DNA of 64,000 nt from a bacterium (GCA_963693055.1 OY843751.1:4352001-4416000), one strand, 5' to 3'; shown: positions 31,943-43,105, numbered from the stretch's first letter. A program made the numbers and translations. Notes: a model not told the origin generated them from the sequence alone.

Positions 31943-33079
31943 TTACCATAATTGATATTGACCGTCTTTGATTATAACTTCTTTCTTGTTCTGTGAGTAC
32001 TCATAGTCAACATGTGTAACACGTACACGCGGTTGTGTTTCCGGTAGATATATTCGGTCAATATGCACAACAGCTTCAGGTGAACTGAATTGTTCAGGAC
32101 CTATTATTCCTCCAAAATGATCACTGCGACCAAAGGCAATATGGAATCCCAATTTTTCATCCAGCAAAACCTGCCCTATAGGATGAATATCAAAATCCGC
32201 AATAATCCCGAATCCAAGTTCTGCAACGTTTGCATATGCCGGTTCTGATCTTACATAATCCCATTCCTGCATACTTTTAGGACCATCTGACAAAACTTTG
32301 GTTATCTTGTTCTGTCGTATACGGTAAATTACAACTTCATCACCAAATTGTACCGGCAAATACCCCTGACTTTGACTCACCTTACCCAAGCCACCTTCAT
32401 AAGGTACAATATATGTCTCGCCACTGGGTAAATTACCAGCTGTTCCCCTTTCAGGAAACCGTCCACTACTCACGTGCGCTGTTCTTTGAAATAAATCAAA
32501 AGATACCTTGTACTTTTCTTTATCATCAACAACAAATTCAGCATTTACCTTGTCAGCAAAATCAAGTTTTTGTTTCAATAATTGCAGACGCTCATTTACT
32601 ACATTAAAATCAATGCGTAATGCGGGAATCATATCCGCGGTAAAACCCGGCATAGTAGCAGCACGGAAATTGTACTTTTTAGCGGCAACTTTTAACGGTG
32701 CAGTTGCAGAATATTGTGTTAATGCAATAAACAATTGTGTATCTGCAAAATAACCAGTTAAATTTTTTGATTCTTTTGGCAAGTCAGAAGCTTTATCAGG
32801 AAGCTTGCCGTTTAATTGATACACTTTTTCTGGCAAATCAGCATTGTTTGATCCAACATCCGGATACGCTACCAGATCAACAGCTTCTACCCCAAGCTTG
32901 TCCAAATTCTCAGACAGTAAGGCATACCAGTCAAAAGCTATTTTCCTTCTATCATTCCATGCCGGATTGTCCTGCCCAGACTTGGGAATATCTACCAATA
33001 TTGCTAATTTCTTATCCCCCTCTAACCTCGGAAAACAAAAGTTCAATAATTGAACCAGTTCCAAACCTGACAACTTCAT
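31943..33079 (-). CDS. M29-like (thermophilic metalloprotease family) aminopeptidase
   Basis: NLPSGETY, AELGFG, LDEK.GFHIAFG, HID. Confidence 0.75.
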   Translation of the reverse strand: MKLSGLELVQLLNFCFPRLEGDKKLAILVDIPKSGQDNPAWNDRRKIAFDWYALLSENLDKLGVEAVDLVAYPDVGSNNADLPEKVYQLNGKLPDKASDLPKESKNLTGYFADTQLFIALTQYSATAPLKVAAKKYNFRAATMPGFTADMIPALRIDFNVVNERLQLLKQKLDFADKVNAEFVVDDKEKYKVSFDLFQRTAHVSSGRFPERGTAGNLPSGETYIVPYEGGLGKVSQSQGYLPVQFGDEVVIYRIRQNKITKVLSDGPKSMQEWDYVRSEPAYANVAELGFGIIADFDIHPIGQVLLDEKLGFHIAFGRSDHFGGIIGPEQFSSPEAVVHIDRIYLPETQPRVRVTHVDYEYSQNKKEVIIKDGQYQLW

Positions 33080-33256
33080 AAAATACGCCCTCTAACCCTT
33101 TTTCATTAAATTTACCTATTTAATGAATATTATTCAAGTCTTAACTGATTTAATTTAATATTTTTTATTATGATACAATTATTAGAAACGTGAAACACAT
33201 GGCATTTTCTAACGTAAACTTTGCTTGCAGGGTAATAATTTTATATTAAATTATAA

Positions 33257-34609
33257 TTGGAAATGAAAACATGGTATCGATTGATGAATATACATACACA
33301 GGTTAAAAAGATTTTTGTTGGTCTTTATTTCACATTGCTGATGAGTACTGTCACTCTCTATTCGCAATCGGCAAAACCTCCTCAAGCTCTTATAATTGAA
33401 AAAATAGAAATTGAAGGAAATAACAAAACAAAGCCATATGTAATTGAAAAATATATATCATTAAAACCCGGTAACGAGCTTGTCCCTTCTGAGCTGCTTG
33501 AAAACACACTTTTATTACAACAAACAGAACTTTTCAAAGATGTGGATATCTATACCCGGCCAGGTTCAAAAAAAGGCCTGGTGATTGTAGTTATAGAAAT
33601 TATTGAAAACAAATGGCCAACGTATCGATTTGAAGGTGGCCATGGCGATCTGAATGGCTGGTACCTCTCTCCAATTATTTTCAGAATGGATAATTTTTTT
33701 GGTCATGGTAACTATTTCAGTTATACATGGAAGCTGGGTAACCGTGTAACAGGCAACTATTTTGATATCAAAGAACCCAACCTTTTCAACTCTAAAGCCT
33801 ACATTGGCTTTCAGTTTTTTGGTGAACATCAGGATTATTTGCACTATATAGCGAACAAAGATACAATCGAAACAGTTTTTTCAAAAGGAATCCGGATAAA
33901 ACTCGGTGCAAATACAGGAATGCTTAAACATACATTCCTCGGTTATCGACTGGTAGGATACAGGCCCAAAAAGGTCAAAGAACTTGAACCATTACTGCAA
34001 GATGATTATGAAAACCGGGTAGTAGGCGCCTTGTCAACAGGGCTGATAACAGATACTCGCGACAATACAGCATTCCCAACAAGCGGAATTTGGGGAGCAG
34101 TAACAGGAGAAGTTGCATTAAAATATTTAGGCAGTAACACCATTTTCCCTAAACTTTTATTTGATTTTAGAACTTATAAAGAATTTGCCAGCAAACCTGT
34201 TTATGCATTCCATATCAAAGGCGGCATAATGGGAAACAAGGCCCCATACTATGAAAGATTCTATCTGGGCGGTGCATCTTCCCTTAGAGGGTTTTCCTTT
34301 AGCCGTTTAACCCCTCCGGGCTGGGGAACAAAACAGCTCATCATTCAGAATGAATTCCGGTTTCCCATTGGTAACCCCGAAACCGATTCACCCGGCTATA
34401 AACATACCCTTGTATTATTTTATGATGCCGGAGGTATATGGATGTCAGACCAGATACCCATCTTGTTTGATCTCTACCATACTATTGGTGCTGGTTATCG
34501 TCTAAAACTCCCTGTGTTTGATATTTTACGGTTTGACATTGCACATCCATTAAACAATATTGAAAACGATTTATTAGAATTTCACATATCATTGGGACAA
34601 ACTTTTTAA
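33257..34609 (+). CDS. Omp85/BamA-TamA family outer-membrane protein with a single POTRA domain
   Basis: IEIEGNNKTK POTRA; FYLGGASSLRGF; GAGYRL; C-terminal LGQTF; start uncertain. Confidence 0.88.
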   Translation: MEMKTWYRLMNIHTQVKKIFVGLYFTLLMSTVTLYSQSAKPPQALIIEKIEIEGNNKTKPYVIEKYISLKPGNELVPSELLENTLLLQQTELFKDVDIYTRPGSKKGLVIVVIEIIENKWPTYRFEGGHGDLNGWYLSPIIFRMDNFFGHGNYFSYTWKLGNRVTGNYFDIKEPNLFNSKAYIGFQFFGEHQDYLHYIANKDTIETVFSKGIRIKLGANTGMLKHTFLGYRLVGYRPKKVKELEPLLQDDYENRVVGALSTGLITDTRDNTAFPTSGIWGAVTGEVALKYLGSNTIFPKLLFDFRTYKEFASKPVYAFHIKGGIMGNKAPYYERFYLGGASSLRGFSFSRLTPPGWGTKQLIIQNEFRFPIGNPETDSPGYKHTLVLFYDAGGIWMSDQIPILFDLYHTIGAGYRLKLPVFDILRFDIAHPLNNIENDLLEFHISLGQTF

Positions 34610-34630
34610 GAAATCAGAGTTTCATACAAA

Positions 34631-35326
34631 ATGTTCAAGATACAGACAAAAACATATGCAGTAATTATTATGGTGTTGGTCATTTTCAACATCAGTTATG
34701 CTGCCGATAACGAAATAGAGATAGAAAATATCACTCCCTCATTTCAGAATGATAGTCTGTATATTACTGCGCAATTTTCAAATCTTTTCTCAAATAAAAA
34801 CCTGAGCACTTTACAAAGTGGATTACAATCTCTGATTAAAATCGATCTGGAATTATTAGAACATGGCGGTAACGAAAATCTTATTTCCGGCACGTCTACG
34901 CTTGCGGAAATTGAAATAGGCATGAGCCTGATGTATAACATTTGGGACGAGGTATATTATATTACCGATCAAAACAACAAGCGCTCATTTTCATCAATAG
35001 ATGATTTTATTAAAAATGCGTCTACACTACAAAATCTGCCGCTTTTAAATCAGTCATTGCTGAAATCCAACGCACGCTATTCAGTCAGAATTATGATTCA
35101 ATTCTTTCCCATTTCTGAACAACAAAAAGACAAAGTTGAAGCATGGTTAAGGAATCCCAATAAAACCAAATATACATTGGCTTCAGACGAAAGGGCAAAC
35201 CGGTTTCAACTCACATCCGGTAAAATGGTCTCACTCTTTTTGGGAGGCAAAAGCAGACCCAAAAACAGTTCAAAATGGTACTCATCCGATGTTTTTAATA
35301 TCACTCAATTAACAGGGCAAAATTAA
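34631..35326 (+). CDS. exported DUF4390-like protein
   Basis: Signal peptide; LQSG, L.YNIW...Y; directly upstream of an NtrY-like kinase. Confidence 0.65.
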   Translation: MFKIQTKTYAVIIMVLVIFNISYAADNEIEIENITPSFQNDSLYITAQFSNLFSNKNLSTLQSGLQSLIKIDLELLEHGGNENLISGTSTLAEIEIGMSLMYNIWDEVYYITDQNNKRSFSSIDDFIKNASTLQNLPLLNQSLLKSNARYSVRIMIQFFPISEQQKDKVEAWLRNPNKTKYTLASDERANRFQLTSGKMVSLFLGGKSRPKNSSKWYSSDVFNITQLTGQN

Positions 35327-37146
35327 TGATTCATATCCGTGTAAAATTTATACTGATCTTGCTGTTTTCAATACTGTTACCAATAGCACCATCTTATTTT
35401 TTGGTAAATGGATTGATAAAACAAGGGTTGGAAATCGGATTAAATAAAAACGTTGAAACCGCGCTCGAAAATGCATCAGATTTTTCAAAACAATTATACG
35501 CCAAGCACAAACAGGATACAGGCAATTTACTTGAAGAATTAAAATCAACCACTGTTATTTCTCAACTCGTACAAAACCAGCTGAGTGACCAACAAATTGA
35601 AAAATTGAAATTATTTGACATATTTCAGTTAAACCTCTACAACCAAAAATCTGAAATAATTACAGAATATACCATATCCAATACCGATTCTCTCCCCCTT
35701 CCCAAACCATCATCGCTGGATATTGACAATTTCATTAAAGAAAACCATAATGGCTTTTACAATGTAAGTGATCCCAGATTTATCATAGCCTATGCACCAG
35801 TCAAGCTGAATGACGGGGCAGGCCTTTTGGTTGCAACACGAGTTATGCCGCAAAGCTTTGCCCAGTCAGCAAGGCATATTGTTGAAGTAAATCAAATGTT
35901 TAAACGTCTCGACTTTATCAGCAACGATATTAAACGCGGTCTGTTATTAACATACCTGACTGTATATTTACCCATCACCATTCTTTCTTTGATTGTGGGT
36001 TACAATTTTACCCGCCGTATTACTTCTCCCCTGCTCGAGCTTGTTAAAGGTACACAAATTGTTGCCGCAGGCAACTGGGATTATCGTGTCAAGGTTACCT
36101 CAAGAGATGAAGTAGGGCAGCTTGAAGAAGCGTTCAACTCTATGATCCAGACAATCAAAGAAAAACAGAAACAGGCAAAAGAGCAGGAAAAACAGCGACT
36201 AAAAATTGAAGAAGAAAACCTGCGCAAAACCCGTATTCTAGAACTTTCTCGTTTAAAGTCCAAAGCTTTGGTTGAAGAAAACAAACGCAAAACCCTCGAA
36301 CTGGAAAAAGCCCAGGAACTGGAAAAAGCCTACAAAGCTCTTGAAGACTCGCACCGCGAACTTCGGGAAACTCAGGCTCAACTCATACAATCCGGTAAAA
36401 TGGCATCTCTGGGTAATCTTGCAGCCGGTGTTGCTCATGAAATAAATAATCCCCTGGGCGCAATTCATAGCGCCGCAGATGTTTCACAACGCGCCATTCA
36501 GCGTATTTTACCCATGCTTGAATCGGGAGAATCTCTTGCCGAAATCATGGCAAGCAAATCTTTTAATCAATCGGTTGATATTCTCAAAGGCAATACCCAA
36601 CTCATTCTCGAAGCCAGTAACCGGGTGGTCACAATTATCAAGAGCCTGAAAACCTTTGCCCGCCTTGACGAAGCCGATTTTAAAAATGCAGACATCCATG
36701 AAGGACTTGACAGTACATTAATGCTGTTGCATCATGAAATGAAGAACCATATAACCGTGGAAAAAGACTATGCTGACCTCCCGCTTGTGCCCTGCTATCC
36801 CAACGAGTTGAACCAGGTATTTATGAATATACTAGCCAACGCTACACAAGCCATTAAAGAGAACGGAAACATACAAATACAAACGCAAAAAGACGATTTT
36901 TGGGTACATATTAAAATCAAAGATAGCGGTGTAGGTATTCCACATGAAAACCTGGCCAAAATTTTTGATCCCGGCTTTACAACCAAAGGTGTAGGCGTAG
37001 GTACCGGGCTTGGCTTATCCATTAGCTATAATATTATAGAAAAACACCATGGTAGAATCAGGGTTGAAAGTGAACCCAATAAAGGCACAGAATTCATGAT
37101 CGATCTTCCACTAAACCACTCTAAAATGCACAAGAAAACGAACTAA
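35326..37146 (+). CDS. HAMP-containing sensor histidine kinase (NtrY/NtrB-like)
   Basis: Two TM helices, HAMP (DEVGQL..AFN), AHEINNPL, QVFMNILANA, DSG.GI, FTTK, GTGLGL. Confidence 0.95.
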   Translation: MIHIRVKFILILLFSILLPIAPSYFLVNGLIKQGLEIGLNKNVETALENASDFSKQLYAKHKQDTGNLLEELKSTTVISQLVQNQLSDQQIEKLKLFDIFQLNLYNQKSEIITEYTISNTDSLPLPKPSSLDIDNFIKENHNGFYNVSDPRFIIAYAPVKLNDGAGLLVATRVMPQSFAQSARHIVEVNQMFKRLDFISNDIKRGLLLTYLTVYLPITILSLIVGYNFTRRITSPLLELVKGTQIVAAGNWDYRVKVTSRDEVGQLEEAFNSMIQTIKEKQKQAKEQEKQRLKIEEENLRKTRILELSRLKSKALVEENKRKTLELEKAQELEKAYKALEDSHRELRETQAQLIQSGKMASLGNLAAGVAHEINNPLGAIHSAADVSQRAIQRILPMLESGESLAEIMASKSFNQSVDILKGNTQLILEASNRVVTIIKSLKTFARLDEADFKNADIHEGLDSTLMLLHHEMKNHITVEKDYADLPLVPCYPNELNQVFMNILANATQAIKENGNIQIQTQKDDFWVHIKIKDSGVGIPHENLAKIFDPGFTTKGVGVGTGLGLSISYNIIEKHHGRIRVESEPNKGTEFMIDLPLNHSKMHKKTN

Positions 37147-37210
37147 TGTTTAAATGATTTCTGCCGATACTTATTAAAGTAAAAAAGGGTAACAATTGGG
37201 AGTGAAAACA

Positions 37211-37594
37211 ATGAACAAAATCTTGATAGTAGATGACCAGGAGGAAATTCAGCAACTGCTTTCTGACGCACTGTCTGATCAGGGATACAATGTAACTTGT
37301 GAATCTGATGGCGAAGCTGCCCTTGCAAGGCTCCAAAAAGATGATTTCCATGTCTTTTTTCTTGATCTGCAATTACCGGGTATCAATGGTCTTGATCTGT
37401 GCCGCCAAATTCGTAAAGATAAAATTGCCGAATGCATTTATGCCATGACCGGCTTTACTTCGGTATATGATTTTCTTGAATGCCGTAAAGCGGGGTTCGA
37501 CGACTATTTTGTAAAACCTTTGGATATAAGATTGGTCCTGAAAGCTGCTGATGAAGGATTTGAAAAATTATTACGCTGGACGAAAAGCATGTAA
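37211..37594 (+). CDS. single-domain response regulator
   Basis: ILIVDD, FLDLQLPG, AMTG, KP. Confidence 0.93.
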   Translation: MNKILIVDDQEEIQQLLSDALSDQGYNVTCESDGEAALARLQKDDFHVFFLDLQLPGINGLDLCRQIRKDKIAECIYAMTGFTSVYDFLECRKAGFDDYFVKPLDIRLVLKAADEGFEKLLRWTKSM

Positions 37595-38234
37595 ATCTTT
37601 AGTTCCCATTGTAATTACATTTATACTGGTTCTTTTCTCAGATTGTAAAAAAGCAGAAAAAATCATTCAACCACAATTTAATATCTCAATGCAATCACCT
37701 GATCATATTAGGTTGTGGAAACTTGCATATTTCAATACCGGAGACTTTGCTGTATCAGACAGTTTATTTATACTAAAAGCATCAAACAGCTTGACCGGTA
37801 TTGTATGGCAGGGTGAATTCCCCAAAATAAATTACGAATTTACCTGTCAGGCAATGCGTGTAAATGGGAATGACTTTTTTGCCGGAATCTCTTTTCCCGT
37901 AAAAAACAATTTCTGTACATGGATTAATGGTGGATGGGGTGGTACTGTTGTGGGCCTGAGTAATGTTGACTGGTCTCCCGCGTCTGAAAATTTAACAACA
38001 ACACATATTGAATTTCAAAATAACAACTGGTATGCATTAAAACTGCAAGTGACAGCAACCCAAATTACCGCCTGGATTGATAAGGAGCAGGTAATTGAGC
38101 TAAAATATACCAATCACTCACTATCTCTGCATTCATATATGGAAACTCTAAATACGCTGTCGCTGGCAAGCTGGCAGACAACAGCGTATTTTAAAAATAT
38201 TAAACTGGTTTCAATCCCTGCCGATTCGTTATGA
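37551..38234 (+). CDS. DUF1080 (3-keto-disaccharide hydrolase-like) family protein
   Basis: NYE....AMRV.G.DFF, GGWGGTVVGLS, WY; start uncertain. Confidence 0.75.
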   Translation: MKDLKNYYAGRKACKSLVPIVITFILVLFSDCKKAEKIIQPQFNISMQSPDHIRLWKLAYFNTGDFAVSDSLFILKASNSLTGIVWQGEFPKINYEFTCQAMRVNGNDFFAGISFPVKNNFCTWINGGWGGTVVGLSNVDWSPASENLTTTHIEFQNNNWYALKLQVTATQITAWIDKEQVIELKYTNHSLSLHSYMETLNTLSLASWQTTAYFKNIKLVSIPADSL

Positions 38235-39653
38235 CCGCTCAAGCAGTTTTGCCAGCATCTTGTTCGCAACTTTGGGATTACTCAAAACATCTGGTCCGGA
38301 AATACAACCACCTTCACATGCCATCACTTCTACAAAATTACAATCACAACCAGATTTGGACATCTTTTTCAACTCACGTAAACTCTTTTTTGTCAAACCA
38401 TCTATCAGATAATCTTGAACCTCAACCTTGCCATCGACTCCATGCTTGAGTGCATTGGTAACACCACCACTGGCGGGGAATCCTCTGCCTTCTCTTGACG
38501 GAACGTGCTCAATTTCTACATCATCACATTTTTGCACATCAATATCCGCTGCAACAAACAAAGATCCCAGTTCTTCTATGGTTAGCACATAATCCACAAA
38601 ATCATCTTCAATGGCCTCATTCCGCTTTGCAACACAAGGTCCTATAAACACGCGCTTTGCATCAGGATATTTTTCCATTGCTATTTGTCCGGTATAATGC
38701 ATAGGCGTTGGTGTGTCAGAAACATATTCAGACAACTCGGGAAAATGTTTTTTAACAGATTCCGTATAAGCCGGACAGCAAGAGGTTGTCATAAACTTTT
38801 CATTCTTTTCCATTCGTTCTATAAACTCTGCGGCTTCGTGTTCAGCGGTCATGTCTGCACCCAGAGCGACTTCAATCACATGATCAAAACCCAGAGTTTT
38901 TAAAGCACTGACAATTTTTTCCAGTTCCGCTGAAAACTGTCCAACTATTGCAGGAGCAATCATGGCTACCATTTTTTGTTCTGACAACAAAAGTTTTAAT
39001 ACATCGACCAACTGAGAACGCTCCATAATCGCGCCAAACGGACATTCGCGCATACACTTGCCGCAAAATGTACATTTATCATAATCAATCTGTTCCTTGC
39101 CGTCATCATCTTTGGTAATAGCACCAACCGGGCAAGCTTCCTCACAGGGAACCGGCATATAAATAATTGCGTGATAAGGACATTCTTTTAAACACATGCC
39201 ACAGTTTACACAAAGCTCGGGATCAATTTTAGCCTGCCCATTAACCATTTTAATTGCGTTTTTCTTGCAATTCATCATACAGGGACGTGCCATACACCCC
39301 TGACACGCATTGGTAACAAAATAACTGGTTTGAACACAGGCACTGCAAGCTTCGTCAATTACCGTTAAAATAGGATTTTCAATTTCGTCCCGGTCCATGG
39401 CGTCATTCGCATAAGCAGACAAAGTCTTTAACTCGTCTGTTTCTTCTTCCACCCGATGTCCCATCAGAGCCATCAAACGGTACTTGATCACTGCCCTGTC
39501 TTTATGAATACAACAACGTACTGATTTACTGCGTTTGGGAAACATGTCCAGGGGAATTCTATTTATATCATCAATATTGCCTGCCATAATTAATTTGGCA
39601 AGCTTTATCATCAAATCGCGCCTTATAAGCGTAGCATTGTTCACATAATTCAT
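38229..39653 (-). CDS. monomeric [FeFe]-hydrogenase (HfsD-like, probably group B)
   Basis: H-cluster motifs TTSCCPAY, GPCVAKRNE, EVMACEGGCISG plus several 4Fe-4S motifs. Confidence 0.9.
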   Translation of the reverse strand: MNYVNNATLIRRDLMIKLAKLIMAGNIDDINRIPLDMFPKRSKSVRCCIHKDRAVIKYRLMALMGHRVEEETDELKTLSAYANDAMDRDEIENPILTVIDEACSACVQTSYFVTNACQGCMARPCMMNCKKNAIKMVNGQAKIDPELCVNCGMCLKECPYHAIIYMPVPCEEACPVGAITKDDDGKEQIDYDKCTFCGKCMRECPFGAIMERSQLVDVLKLLLSEQKMVAMIAPAIVGQFSAELEKIVSALKTLGFDHVIEVALGADMTAEHEAAEFIERMEKNEKFMTTSCCPAYTESVKKHFPELSEYVSDTPTPMHYTGQIAMEKYPDAKRVFIGPCVAKRNEAIEDDFVDYVLTIEELGSLFVAADIDVQKCDDVEIEHVPSREGRGFPASGGVTNALKHGVDGKVEVQDYLIDGLTKKSLRELKKMSKSGCDCNFVEVMACEGGCISGPDVLSNPKVANKMLAKLLERS

Positions 39654-39663
39654 AATTATATCC

Positions 39664-39921
39664 TTATTCCTTTTCAAAAAGCCGGGTAATATAATCAATC
39701 ACTTTGGGAATATTGGCCTCACTAATCACATGCCCATTTACCACAACAAAGGGAGATTTCCCTTTTTCTATATCTTTACAATAATCCAAACAACCGGTTC
39801 CTTCAATTTGCACACGGTCCGCATACATTTCCGGCAAATGATCGTCAAGGGTTAGCAATTCTGAACCTCCCATTACAAAACAGGCGGTTCCTGTACAAAT
39901 TACAACTTTTATCTTTTCCAT
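39664..39921 (-). CDS. NuoE-like (thioredoxin-like 2Fe-2S) small protein
   Basis: ICTGTAC...CLDYC. Confidence 0.85.
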   Translation of the reverse strand: MEKIKVVICTGTACFVMGGSELLTLDDHLPEMYADRVQIEGTGCLDYCKDIEKGKSPFVVVNGHVISEANIPKVIDYITRLFEKE

Positions 39922-39934
39922 TTTTCCTCTTCTC

Positions 39935-41122
39935 TTAGATAAATTGCAGCCGGGTTTCTTTTAAGTGCTTTTCTTCCAACAGCTTGCGTATTTGTTTAAT
40001 AATATTACGGCGGATCTCAAGTTCAACCGGTACATTGGGATCCTGATGCGCGTCATTGATCTTGGTTCCTACCACAAAATGTATTATGTCGCTATTTAAA
40101 AACAAGTCTACCAATCGTGTAGCACCATTGGGCTTTACAGGATTCGGATGCAGGTCCTTTTCAAGCAATTCAGTCACTTTAGCCATGGTAATTGTACCCT
40201 CGGTCACAAGATCAACACCCTGCATCTCTGATATGGGTGGTACATCCGGTGAAATATCTTTCAAGTTCACCCTAACATCACGACCCAGCTCACGCGCAAG
40301 AATCTTGGTAGTGGTACCACCACAAATCACTTTTTTCCCTCTAAATGAATCCATAATTTCTGCAAGTTCTTTGTCTTTTTTCGGATCAATAGGCGGTCCG
40401 GTCATTACCAATAACTCTCGCGGTTCACGAACATGGATAACACCACAGGTTATATCATCGGAGGCTTTGTATTGATCATTCGCATATGCTTTTTGCACAA
40501 TCCGGTTTGCAAGATCACGCGCTGAAATTTCCATATCCTGTTCAAACAAACCACCAATAAACTCCTGAACTGCATTTTCACCCCATCCTAATGGATACGG
40601 CCGTGTACCCATTCCAGACTGGGTTACTCCATCGGAGAATAATATAATGCAGTCACCCATCTCTGCCTGAAAATTGGAAAAATGCAAAAAATCCTTTTTA
40701 TGTTCACGCTCACCCAACTCTATGGTTGATTTTGATACCGGAAAAATCTTATTATTGCGCACAAGAATAAAAGACGGATTGTCATATTCCACTATACGGG
40801 TTTGCATACCTTCATCAATATCCACAATAGAAAATGTGGAATAGCTAATCTTGCGGGTTTTACATACCGGTAGGGTTTTCATAATAACCTGCGCGGTCTT
40901 TTCAATATCGAATCGATTAGAAATATAATTCAACGCCATTGTGGTTGTCAGTGTAGATAATACATTGGCCTTTATACCACTACCAAGCCCGTCGGATAAA
41001 ACAGATATAGTTCTCCGCTCTTCTTTGTACTTGCGGGACATGAACGTATCGCCGCCAACAATTTGATTTTCTTTGAACTTTTGATAATAGTCCACTTCTA
41101 TAAAAGGTCTTTTAGCCGGCAT
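39935..41122 (-). CDS. SpoIIE/PP2C-family Ser/Thr phosphatase (HfsC-like)
   Basis: GGD, LSDGLGSG, FSDGV, DDIT. Confidence 0.9.
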   Translation of the reverse strand: MPAKRPFIEVDYYQKFKENQIVGGDTFMSRKYKEERRTISVLSDGLGSGIKANVLSTLTTTMALNYISNRFDIEKTAQVIMKTLPVCKTRKISYSTFSIVDIDEGMQTRIVEYDNPSFILVRNNKIFPVSKSTIELGEREHKKDFLHFSNFQAEMGDCIILFSDGVTQSGMGTRPYPLGWGENAVQEFIGGLFEQDMEISARDLANRIVQKAYANDQYKASDDITCGVIHVREPRELLVMTGPPIDPKKDKELAEIMDSFRGKKVICGGTTTKILARELGRDVRVNLKDISPDVPPISEMQGVDLVTEGTITMAKVTELLEKDLHPNPVKPNGATRLVDLFLNSDIIHFVVGTKINDAHQDPNVPVELEIRRNIIKQIRKLLEEKHLKETRLQFI

Positions 41123-42845
41123 TTTCATCTCTTCGAATTGTCGTGTTTGAATAAGAACCAATTATAGAATCAAGTATCACTTCTGTTTCTGATGCGTTTT
41201 CACCCAACAGATAGGCAATCTTTTGTACGGTTGCCAAATTATTTTCAATAACCTGACGGGCCCGGTTTATAATCTGTTCTTTTTGTATAGCCGGTTCTGT
41301 TACATCCTGAAAAATACCGCCAATGATACGATTCGGTTCTATACTGAACAAGGTCAAATTGAATATTGAATTCTCATGCCGTATATCAAGATTTAGCTTT
41401 TCAATACCATCATCCAAAACATTTTTAAAATAATGGGTAAAAGGAATAATCTTTTCAAGACTTGCACCTTCAAGGCCGGGTTTGGCATCATATATATCTT
41501 CAACATCTTTGCCCAATAATCGTGCAAAGTTTTGGTTACATTCTACAATCCTTAAATCTTTGTCAACAATAACAACACCAGAGGGCATAGAGCTCAATAA
41601 CGCGTTTGCCTTTTTATGCGCCAGTTTACGCATATATGAAACACACATGCCTAGTTCGGCCTTACCATCCAGCATGGCAATTGCAAAATCCCGGCAGGTA
41701 TCGTATCCGCAGCCACCACAATTCAACTCGTCTTTTTCCTTAATTTTACCAACTGTCAGCAAGGCATCACGAATTAAAAACTCGTCATACTTTTCCTGCA
41801 CCTTGCCGCTAATGTTTTGGGGATTATGAATATTCAAACTGGGTCTTTTGGGAATATCTGCAACAGAATACTCTGCATTCTGCAAAACTTCATATCGTTT
41901 GGTGATAATTGATTTTTTTTCCGTTATTTGTGGACCGTTCACGCACCCACCTTCACAAGCCAACATTTCAACAAACACACTCTTTTCTAGTTTCATGGAT
42001 TTCAGATCGGTTAATGCATCTCTCAGATTATCCAATCCCGAGAATGCCATAAAACATGCATCTGCTTGTGCACAGTTTGCTTTAATTCCTGCCAGCATTC
42101 CACCATCAACAGGATACAGGCTGCCCTCTTTAGCAGCTTCTGGAATAAAATGATCTTCTGCTGTGGGTTCAAGATCGCTCAGAATAATTTCTTCTTTCTC
42201 AAACCAGGTTTTCAAATTTTCAAAACTGATGGCAACATCCAACAGTTCATTAAAAGTATCGGATTCGAATTTTTTAGAAATACAAGGTCCCGCAAATACA
42301 ACAGCAATATCATTGCCATAATTTTCTTTTAATAAAGTAGCATGGGCCAGTAATGGAGAATGCAGTTCCGTTACATTATCTGCAAATTCAGGATAATATT
42401 TTTTCACAAGCTGAACAACAGTAGGGCATGCAGATGAAAACATTAAACGGGGTTTACTCTTTTCAATAATATCTGCCACATGCGCAGATACTTCCTGAGC
42501 GCCTAACGCAGTTTCAGACACGCCAAAGAATCCTAATTTTTTGAGGCCATGTATCAACCTGGCCGAGCCCACATTATTAAACTCGTTAATAAAAGATGGT
42601 GCCAGAGACAGAATAACTTTATCTTTCATGCTAAGCAGTCGCTTAACCCGGCCAACATCATCTCTAACCCGCTTTGCCCCAACCGGACATACTTGCACAC
42701 ACTTGCCGCATAAAACACACAACTCTTGAATGACAGAAGCGCTGCCATTCTCCACCTGAATCGCTTTATTCGAGCAGGCACGCACGCATTTATAACAATC
42801 CTGACACTCGGCCTGTTCTGTATATATAGGGAAATAAGGATTCAT
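41112..42845 (-). CDS. putative sensory [FeFe]-hydrogenase with Fe-S and PAS domains (HfsB/HydS-like, group C)
   Basis: Variant P1 SSACP, GPCISKK.E, EMLACEGGC.NG, LNCGGCGY..C, C-terminal PAS. Confidence 0.9.
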   Translation of the reverse strand: MNPYFPIYTEQAECQDCYKCVRACSNKAIQVENGSASVIQELCVLCGKCVQVCPVGAKRVRDDVGRVKRLLSMKDKVILSLAPSFINEFNNVGSARLIHGLKKLGFFGVSETALGAQEVSAHVADIIEKSKPRLMFSSACPTVVQLVKKYYPEFADNVTELHSPLLAHATLLKENYGNDIAVVFAGPCISKKFESDTFNELLDVAISFENLKTWFEKEEIILSDLEPTAEDHFIPEAAKEGSLYPVDGGMLAGIKANCAQADACFMAFSGLDNLRDALTDLKSMKLEKSVFVEMLACEGGCVNGPQITEKKSIITKRYEVLQNAEYSVADIPKRPSLNIHNPQNISGKVQEKYDEFLIRDALLTVGKIKEKDELNCGGCGYDTCRDFAIAMLDGKAELGMCVSYMRKLAHKKANALLSSMPSGVVIVDKDLRIVECNQNFARLLGKDVEDIYDAKPGLEGASLEKIIPFTHYFKNVLDDGIEKLNLDIRHENSIFNLTLFSIEPNRIIGGIFQDVTEPAIQKEQIINRARQVIENNLATVQKIAYLLGENASETEVILDSIIGSYSNTTIRRDENAG

Positions 42846-42849
42846 ATTG

Positions 42850-43104
42850 TCAATCTCTAAAATAATAATTTAATATATCAATAACAGAATTGGGATCCAC
42901 TTGTGTATATTGGTCTTTATTGATTGTAATATTGGGTCCCGATGTGCACTGGCCTTCACATAAACAGCCGCACAATTCTACATTGGCTTCTATCTGATTT
43001 TCCTGCATATAATGCTGAATAATCTCCAAACTGCGCTTGTTACCTCTGGAATAGCAAGAGCTTCCCATACAAATTCTAATTTCAGTAATATTATCTCTAC
43101 TCAT
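42850..43104 (-). CDS. NuoE-like 2Fe-2S protein (HfsA-like)
   Basis: ICMGSSC...CLCEGQC..GP. Confidence 0.87.
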   Translation of the reverse strand: MSRDNITEIRICMGSSCYSRGNKRSLEIIQHYMQENQIEANVELCGCLCEGQCTSGPNITINKDQYTQVDPNSVIDILNYYFRD

Positions 43105-43105
43105 T

